A stretch of DNA of 22,768 nucleotides from Promethearchaeota archaeon (GTDB taxonomy: Archaea > Asgardarchaeota > Lokiarchaeia > Sigyniarchaeales > SOKP01): NCBI GenBank assembly GCA_019058015.1, contig JAHLWH010000112.1, positions 1 to 22,768 of the forward strand, written 5' to 3'. This document shows positions 16,663 through 22,768 of the stretch, in pieces. Position numbers and translations under genes: made by a program. Numbering within the stretch: the first letter of the stretch is position 1; each line of letters begins with the position of its first letter. The notes below the pieces were generated by a model that saw only the letters and a program-made list of their open reading frames with translations, made no database searches and was not told the origin of the DNA.

Positions 16663-17241
16663 CTAATGTATCCAATTCGCAGGTCTGATTTCGAGAGGTA
16701 TGATAACCCTAGGGGAGGACTTATAATATTCAGACTCCATGACACGCAATTTTATGGTGGAAAGTCCCGGACCAAGCTTCTCTAACAATTTTGGAATGGT
16801 GTCGTTATCGATTGTGACTACCCATGCGTCAAGCGTCTTTTCTATTGGAAGCGTGAAAGTTTCTTTTAGCTGTCCGTTGGGATCTAAAATTTCGCAAAGA
16901 ATATGATACACGTAATTGTCGTTAAGAATGCTTTCTGGAGAGGGTTCGAGCTCTGAGGCTTCGTAAACTTTGGTAAGAGATGCTAAGGTGTTTCCGAAAC
17001 TACTTGGAATAGGATCTGCTTTTGTTACATAAGTATCGATTCTTAAGTCTTCGTATTGCTTCGTGACATTACCGTCAGGTAAGTCGTAAGAAATGTAATC
17101 TCCCGCACCGAGCGCAATATCGCCTTTATGAAGGTTAATAAGACCTTCTACATAAGTGCTATCGATGGTTAACATACTTGTTAGATCGATGAACTTCAAA
17201 TTTATCGACATTATTTCAATTAAAAAAGCAGAAATTGACAA
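16663..17241 (-). pseudogene. GC-richer coding segment, probably an internal fragment of a much larger protein
   Basis: Protein-like acidic/beta-rich translation. 26/60 GC at 16741-16800 versus 10/60 at 16381-16440. The composition switches abruptly near both ends, and no convincing start/SD is present. Confidence 0.5.
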
Positions 17242-17415
17242 TTTTCTGGAGGAAAAACCACAAAATGAAATTAAGGCACAGTTAAATTTATTAAATAGTC
17301 ATAATCTCGAATTATTACTAGATTCCCATGTAATATCGACATTGAAAATTTATTTTCCTCATAATAGAGATTAGGAAAATTAAATAAAAATAATAAAGAA
17401 TAAAAAAAATTGAAT

Positions 17416-18171
17416 TTAAACGTCTCGAGTCCTGAATCTTAAATAGGCTAACACCAGGCATGGAATGAGATATGCGAGAAGCATAATTATTACATAACTC
17501 AGGTCAATGATAAAAACTCCATCAACCGCTGAGGGGTCAAAGATTTGAATCACTGCGATTTCAGCATATATTGGGAAATAGTATGGAGCACCCAATAAAA
17601 TTCCAAAAGCTGTTGCTCCTGCCATGATGAAGAAAAATGCCATGACCATTGCCTGTGTACCAGATCTGAATATTGCACTAAATAATAGATATATTGCCAC
17701 ATATGTTCCCCCAACTAAGCAATAGAATACAAACCAGGAGAACAATTCCAAGGGTACTTGTTGGTATAATGCTAAACTAAAAATAATATTCTCAAATAAA
17801 GGAATCCCGTTCCAGATCAATACACTTGTGAAAACAGCAAGGGATTTTCCAATGAAAAAATTGTCTCGTCCTGTTTTAGTGAAATTCGTTAAAGCAGTCC
17901 CCTTATCGAATTCGTCAGCGAGAACTCCTCCCGCAAAAAAGAGCGTTAAGAACACTAAAAGTGAACCTATTTGTCCTACTGTACTAGCCATAAATAACTT
18001 TACATCAGGAGGAGGGGAAAACGCAAGTATGATTGCTGTAAGGTTGTACATTACTAAGCCAAGAATTAACATCAGATAATACCTTTTTCTATGAAGGAAT
18101 AATTCAAATTTGTAGATTACGAAAATTTGATTCATACTCAAATTTCTTTTCATCTCTAAATTTAAAGCCAT
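17416..18171 (-). CDS. ABC-2 type transporter permease
   Basis: ~6 TM helices and an ADEFDKGT...RDNFFIGK motif (ExxxGT...GK of ABC-2 permeases). Start ATG 18171 (MALNLEM) follows AGGAGA, directly downstream of the ATPase gene. Confidence 0.88.
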   Translation of the reverse strand: MALNLEMKRNLSMNQIFVIYKFELFLHRKRYYLMLILGLVMYNLTAIILAFSPPPDVKLFMASTVGQIGSLLVFLTLFFAGGVLADEFDKGTALTNFTKTGRDNFFIGKSLAVFTSVLIWNGIPLFENIIFSLALYQQVPLELFSWFVFYCLVGGTYVAIYLLFSAIFRSGTQAMVMAFFFIMAGATAFGILLGAPYYFPIYAEIAVIQIFDPSAVDGVFIIDLSYVIIMLLAYLIPCLVLAYLRFRTRDV

Positions 18172-18175
18172 TAAT

Positions 18176-19207
18176 TTATCTCCTCTTAAGTTTATTATTT
18201 TGAGTATATTTAATTTCATTATTTTCCACTAACTCTATGTAAAGTTCTTCCAAACGAGAAGTTCTTACCCTGCTAAAACCTATTATAGGGAGTTTGAGGT
18301 CTGAAGTTAATATTTTATGAATGTTTTTGCGGGATGAGGGCTTTCCATCATAATAAATGTGAAATCCAGGAATGTTTTCATCGTAAACAACAGGTATTTT
18401 GTCATCATTTTCACTAAATGCCTTGATTTTTTCAGAAATTTCTTTCACTAACTTGTTAACATTATTGGGATTGATGGGTTCTAATAATTCTACCCCTATT
18501 TCTTGTTTAGTCATTTTCTGTTCCAAATTAACGAGCTTATCCACGGCGATGAGTTCTCCTCGGTTAATGATAGCAATCCGATCACAAATTTCAGATATTT
18601 CATATAGCATGTGGGATGAAAGAAAGATGGTTTTACCAAGGTCTTTTAATTTTTTCATGATTTTTCGAACTTGAATGCGTGCTGCGGGATCTAAACCAGT
18701 TTGAGGCTCGTCTAATACTGCTACATCTGGCTCGTGTACAATTGCTTGCGCCAAGCCTAATCGTTGTTTCATGCCTTTAGAAAATTCTTTTATTTTCTTA
18801 TTTTTCCATCTTGTTAACTTAACAATTTTAAGTGCCCATTCTATTTGTTTTTCAATTTTCTCTTTTGGAACACCCAATAATCGGCAATAATACCCAAGTA
18901 TCTTTCTTGGAGTAACGTGACCATAGAAGGCAGGGATATCAATTAAAAAGCCAAATCTCCTATATAATTCAGAGGGAACTTCTCTCGCCTTAGCAAGAGA
19001 ACCATTTCCATTTGTGATTTCAATTTGACCTGACGTAGGTTTGATTAACCCTCCTAACATTTTCATCGTGGTTGTTTTACCAGCTCCGTTCGGACCCACA
19101 AAGCCCAGTACTTCTCCTTGATAAATTTCAAGGTTTAAATCATTTACTGCGATGAGGTCATGATACTTTTTCTTTAATTCAGAAAATTTTACAACTGTTT
19201 GTGTCAT
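18176..19207 (-). CDS. ABC transporter ATP-binding protein (ABC-2/multidrug-type exporter)
   Basis: Walker A GPNGAGKTT, signature FSKGMKQ, Walker B AVLDEP and H-loop LSSH. AGGTGT SD upstream. Confidence 0.96.
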   Translation of the reverse strand: MTQTVVKFSELKKKYHDLIAVNDLNLEIYQGEVLGFVGPNGAGKTTTMKMLGGLIKPTSGQIEITNGNGSLAKAREVPSELYRRFGFLIDIPAFYGHVTPRKILGYYCRLLGVPKEKIEKQIEWALKIVKLTRWKNKKIKEFSKGMKQRLGLAQAIVHEPDVAVLDEPQTGLDPAARIQVRKIMKKLKDLGKTIFLSSHMLYEISEICDRIAIINRGELIAVDKLVNLEQKMTKQEIGVELLEPINPNNVNKLVKEISEKIKAFSENDDKIPVVYDENIPGFHIYYDGKPSSRKNIHKILTSDLKLPIIGFSRVRTSRLEELYIELVENNEIKYTQNNKLKRR

Positions 19208-19278
19208 AGTTACACCTTTTTTTTATGTAAATTTGAAAAAATAGTACTTTAAATAAAGAACATATCAATTAGTTTTTA

Positions 19279-19485
19279 TTATAAATGGAGTCCAATTATT
19301 ATCTGAAATTCCTTAACTCTTTTATTATCATCATATTCCTTAGCTAAAGGTATTTCAATATTTTATAGTCTATCTAGTCGCTCAGATAATCTTCCATCGG
19401 TTTTTAAAATAATAAATGCATCATTTTTTGAGCTCTTTGGATCTATTTCCTTTATTCTTTTCATTTTATCGATTATTTGCGACAT
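19279..19485 (-). pseudogene. Possible small gene remnant with internal stop
   Basis: MSQIIDKMKRIKEIDPKSSKNDAFIILKTDGRLSERLDRL*NIEIPLAKEYDDNKRVKEFQIIIGLHL*, with an in-frame TAA at 19365-19363. Confidence 0.3.
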
Positions 19486-19487
19486 TG

Positions 19488-20191
19488 TTAGGTAAAGGTT
19501 TTCTTAATATAACAAACATCAATTAAGAAATCTTGAACAGTTTCGCTCGTATTCTCATCGTATTCATTATGCATCGTTGAACGAGGCACCCAAGATTCTA
19601 AACCATTCTCAAAGACAGAAGTAATGCCTTATCGGTATGTTTTTTAACTCTCGCAGAGACCATTGCCATATCCTTTTGTTCTTTTTTAACAATTGGTTTT
19701 TCCTTTTGGTCAGCAGCTTCTTTAATCTCTTTAACTTGGGTTATTTCATTACTACTCTTTAAAATTATGGCAGGCGGTTTCTCTTGAACTGCTCCAGAAG
19801 TCGCAAATTCAATTTTCTCAAGCATTAAATGCTTTAGCAATCTTCTAAGAAACTCTGATTGTGGAAACTTAATAATTCTACTATATGGTCCTACGTTAAT
19901 CCAGAACCCTTGATTATCTTTATCCCAATTTATCGCAATTCTGGTCGATTTCTCTTTATATTTATGGACTGTATTCCACGATGTTTTATTTGAGAACACA
20001 TCAATTACTTGGATAATCTCTTCAATAGTCAACCTTACAATTTTCCCTTCACTCAACGATGGTCTTTCCCATGTTCCATCTTTTTTCTTCTTAATACATT
20101 GAAGAAAGATAAAGGGTTCTTCCTTGCGATTGCTCTCTACAATAAATCCAACTTTCTCGCCAAAAAAGCTTTGACTATGCGTATCAGTCAT
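19488..20191 (-). pseudogene. Conserved-looking hypothetical protein (possible nucleic-acid-binding domains), frameshifted near 19617
   Basis: The track ORF ends ...HTDKALLLSLRMV*. Shifting frame near 19617 continues VFENGLESWVPRSTMHNEYDENTSETVQDFLID..., completing a T.KA.L...E.W.P.S beta-barrel-like motif, with a stop at 19490-19488. Confidence 0.7.
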
Positions 20192-20314
20192 GGTATCTAA
20201 TTCTATTCTTAAAGGAAGTATATCGATACAATAAATTTAATTGAAATTTCTTACTTTTTTATACTTCTTTTCGATTCGATATATTTACAATATTTTTTAT
20301 ATTTCTTCTTCCTT

Positions 20315-20986
20315 TTAACAATCTGTGGGATCCCAATCAAAGGTTACAAAAGCATCTTTTCCGTGATTATATGTATTAAATTCATATCCTCTAACAGAGC
20401 CCACAATCGATCTATCCCAAATCGCGAGTTCTATACCGTAAGCGCACTTTATTTTATCAGGACATAAATTTAAATTTCCAATCTCTTGACCAAGTCCTCC
20501 ATCGATGGCACCAATAATGCCTTGTTCATCAACACCTGGAATTGGATCATCATATCGAACTTCTTCCCCTATTTGTTCACCAGACTCTGTAATATTTCCT
20601 CCAAATATTTTTAATCGAAATTTTTTAAAATAGTCATCTCTGAAATTACCATAGATAAAGATTAAAGGTACTTCCCAGTCCTTATTTCCGATAAATGCAT
20701 CACATTTTTTATAATTTCCTTCGCTATCTTTGACAGTAACACCTTTAGTAGGCAGTGTTGGGGGTGGAGTACCACCAAACGTAAAAAGGTCAGGTTCTCT
20801 ATTATCCAGTATAAGTGAGACATCAGTTGTTTGTCCAGGAAGTGGATTTTTCTCTGCATCTGCTAATTCAAGCTTTAGCAAATATTTATTATCCTTTCCA
20901 TAATTCCTCCAATGTACCAAGGGAGCAAGACTATAGTTATCTATTTGAATAAAAAAAAGGTAAAAAAAACAATTAAAAATCATCAT
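20315..20986 (-). pseudogene. Probable C-terminal fragment of a larger extracellular beta-rich protein
   Basis: Protein-like from about DNYSLAPLVHW to ...CAYGIELAIWDRS...WDPTDC. The first ~14 codons (MMIFNCFFYLFFIQ) come from low-complexity A/T sequence, suggesting a lost 5' end. Confidence 0.55.
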
Positions 20987-21380
20987 TATCTTTTGTAACC
21001 AACCAAAAAGAACTACAGTTAGTATAAAAGTTAATTACAAAAACTTAGGTTTTTACCTCAAGTATCTTCATTTTTTTATTATCTCAAAATTATTCTTTTT
21101 ATTTCCTTTTATTTTAGACTAGTTGTATACCAAATATTTTATGAAATAAATAATCGCGAATGTTGTGTTTAATGAGAAATAAAATTAAGTTTGATATTTA
21201 AAAAATAGTGGAATAATTTATTAACTGCATGAAATCCCTGATTTATAATTATAATTTTAGAAATAATAAAAAATTGAATCACTTATATTTCCATAAAATA
21301 TAAGAAATAATCTTTTATTCAACATATATCTCATGAGTTTTTATTTTTAGTTCGAGAAGTTTTGGGAAAAATTTATAAAT

Positions 21381-21444
21381 GATTTTGATCAATTTATATT
21401 TTAATTTTTAAAGATTTTGATCAATTTTTATTTTAATTTTTAAA
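21381..21444. repeat. Tandem duplication, 2 x 32 bp (1 mismatch)
   Basis: GATTTTGATCAATTTATATTTTAATTTTTAAA (21381-21412) followed by GATTTTGATCAATTTTTATTTTAATTTTTAAA (21413-21444). Confidence 0.85.
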
Positions 21445-21468
21445 ATATAATTAAAAAGGTGAATTCCA

Positions 21469-21828
21469 ATAGAAGAAAAAGATATAAGTGCATTAGTTAG
21501 TATTATAGTTTTCATATTCTCAGGAATTCTGATTCTATTTAGTCTTGATGAACCTTCCACAACCTTATGGGTAAGCGTTTATACTGGTATAACCGCGCTT
21601 TATTTCGGTAAAAGAGTTACCCAAGATGCTAAGATAAAAGCAAAACCTGGAGTAGAGCCTTTAAAACCTTTGAAACTTCCAAGATACATTGTTAGACTTA
21701 TTCTTTTGATTATAGCTTTAATACTTTATATTATCAGTCTAATTATGACATTACCTTCCAGAGATTCCTTACTATGCGTAGTAATTACAATTCTTGTGTT
21801 TTTCGGTCTAGGATTTGGTCTTACATAG
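21469..21828 (+). CDS. Unannotated 119-aa 4-TM membrane protein with ATA at the start position
   Basis: Stop-free frame (I/M)EEKDISALVSIIVFIFSGILILF...ITALYFGKR...PLKLPRYIVRLILLII...GLGFGLT*. AGGTGA SD sits 6 nt before ATA 21469. Absent from the ORF track. Confidence 0.75.
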   Translation: MEEKDISALVSIIVFIFSGILILFSLDEPSTTLWVSVYTGITALYFGKRVTQDAKIKAKPGVEPLKPLKLPRYIVRLILLIIALILYIISLIMTLPSRDSLLCVVITILVFFGLGFGLT

Positions 21829-21854
21829 AATAATTAATAATATAATCTAACTTA

Positions 21855-21893
21855 ATGATGCTTTTTAATAGTGGCATCATACAAACCTTTTTT
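21855..21893 (+). terminator. Possible terminator: ATGATGC/GCATCAT stem followed by a T-tract
   Basis: 7-bp stem (21855-21861/21874-21880) 26 bp after the stop at 21828, followed by CCTTTTTT. Confidence 0.35.
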
Positions 21894-21939
21894 ATCAAAT
21901 ATTTAGATTTAAATTTATATTAGGAAGAGATGGTTAAAT

Positions 21940-22587
21940 ATTAAAGGTATAAAACTAAAAATTGAAAAGTATATACTTAAAAGAATTATTATAACAATAG
22001 TTGTTGGTGTTGCAGTAAGTTTATTAACTTTTTTTGTAATTCCGATAATTCTTGAATTATTTATATGGGCGTATTACATTACATTTCTGAAATTTTTTTG
22101 GGTATTTTGTTTGATTTATATTTCTTTACAATTAAAAAAAGACTTAGATATTAAAGGTTTAATCTATTTCACAAATATAGTTACATTGGCAATATATATT
22201 ATCGATACAATTGCTCAATATACAGGATTATATGAAACAGCAACCGAATTTTTTGTTTTAAGTTGGGATATGGCTTCTCATTTTGCTGCAGGATTCGTTT
22301 TTTTTCTTATTTTTGTTATGTTTATAAGTATAGTTGAAATCAAATATAAAGTTGAAAATATTGCTTTAATTTTAACGAATGTAGCGTTATTTATCTGGGA
22401 AATATTAGAAGAATTATTAGAATTATTTTATGGCGGAACATTGGAAGGATTCGCAAATTATTTCTTTTGGAATGGAGTACAAGATATGATTTTTAATCTT
22501 TTAGGTTCATTAACGGCTTATTTAATTGTAAAATTATATTTTAAAAAAAAAAGAAAAGAGATAGAATTGAAAGCTTCAAGTAATTAA
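21940..22587 (+). CDS. Membrane protein with VanZ/DUF2238-like motifs; true start upstream of the track's 22111
   Basis: Motifs WDMASHF, FIWEILEE and QDMIFNLLG (D..H / WE..E / D...N..G pattern). The frame is open from 21913 and encodes two more TM helices before 22111. The start is uncertain (ATT 21940, ATA 21949, or out-of-frame ATG 21930). Confidence 0.7.
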   Translation: MKGIKLKIEKYILKRIIITIVVGVAVSLLTFFVIPIILELFIWAYYITFLKFFWVFCLIYISLQLKKDLDIKGLIYFTNIVTLAIYIIDTIAQYTGLYETATEFFVLSWDMASHFAAGFVFFLIFVMFISIVEIKYKVENIALILTNVALFIWEILEELLELFYGGTLEGFANYFFWNGVQDMIFNLLGSLTAYLIVKLYFKKKRKEIELKASSN

Positions 22588-22695
22588 TGAGACTCAGAAT
22601 ATATAATTCCTTCTGCTTAATACTGTTTAAGTAGAAGATACAATTGATATAAATATTAAAAAAAATATAAAAAAAATTTGAAAAAAATATAGGCG

Positions 22696-22712
22696 GGGAG
22701 ATGAATTCTCCC
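22696..22712 (-). terminator. GC hairpin flanked by A-tracts (T-tracts on minus strand)
   Basis: GGGAGA-tgaat-TCTCCC stem-loop with long A runs on both sides. Possible terminator for a minus-strand gene beyond the window. Confidence 0.3.
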
Positions 22713-22768
22713 ATAAAAGTGGAGAAAAAAAATCCAAAAAAAAAAAAATAAAAATAAAAAAAAAAAAA

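Noticed and set aside
17203-17343. 10-bp direct repeat TATCGACATT as a target-site duplication
   Set aside because: It encloses only ~120 bp with no terminal inverted repeats, so chance cannot be excluded.
12702-20859. Other nested short ORFs (12702, 13177, 13469, 14686, 17828, 18399, 20009, 20662)
   Set aside because: They overlap recognisable genes on the opposite strand or in another frame, and carry no motifs.
22725-22768. Poly-A-rich end as a retro-element tail
   Set aside because: An interrupted low-complexity A-tract at the window end, consistent with archaeal oligo-T terminators on the minus strand or a contig end.

Overview
Very AT-rich archaeal DNA, most consistent with an Asgard (Lokiarchaeia-like) chromosome. 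That assignment is inferred from a TFB paralogue, a Zn-ribbon/PCI-like protein, a giant polytopic membrane protein, a thiolase-DUF35 pair and GGTG(A/T) Shine-Dalgarno motifs. The left half (1-12 kb) is an intact backbone: thiolase 3' end, DUF35 protein, hypotheticals, divergent TFB, Zn-ribbon-coiled-coil-PCI protein and a 2720-aa membrane protein. The right half (12-22.7 kb) is a plastic, partly decayed region. It holds a ~154-bp imperfect direct repeat with a perfect 16-bp palindrome that brackets a GC-richer Cys-rich membrane gene, and a ThiS/MoaD-fold gene lacking the GG terminus. It also holds a catalytically inactive SPARTA-like short prokaryotic Argonaute (MID-PIWI) with no N-terminus and no APAZ partner, followed by a 110-aa orphan gene. 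Further right are several pseudogenes and gene fragments, an intact ABC-2 exporter pair and two membrane genes without canonical start codons, one missed by the ORF track. No rRNA, tRNA, CRISPR array, transposase or integrase was seen.
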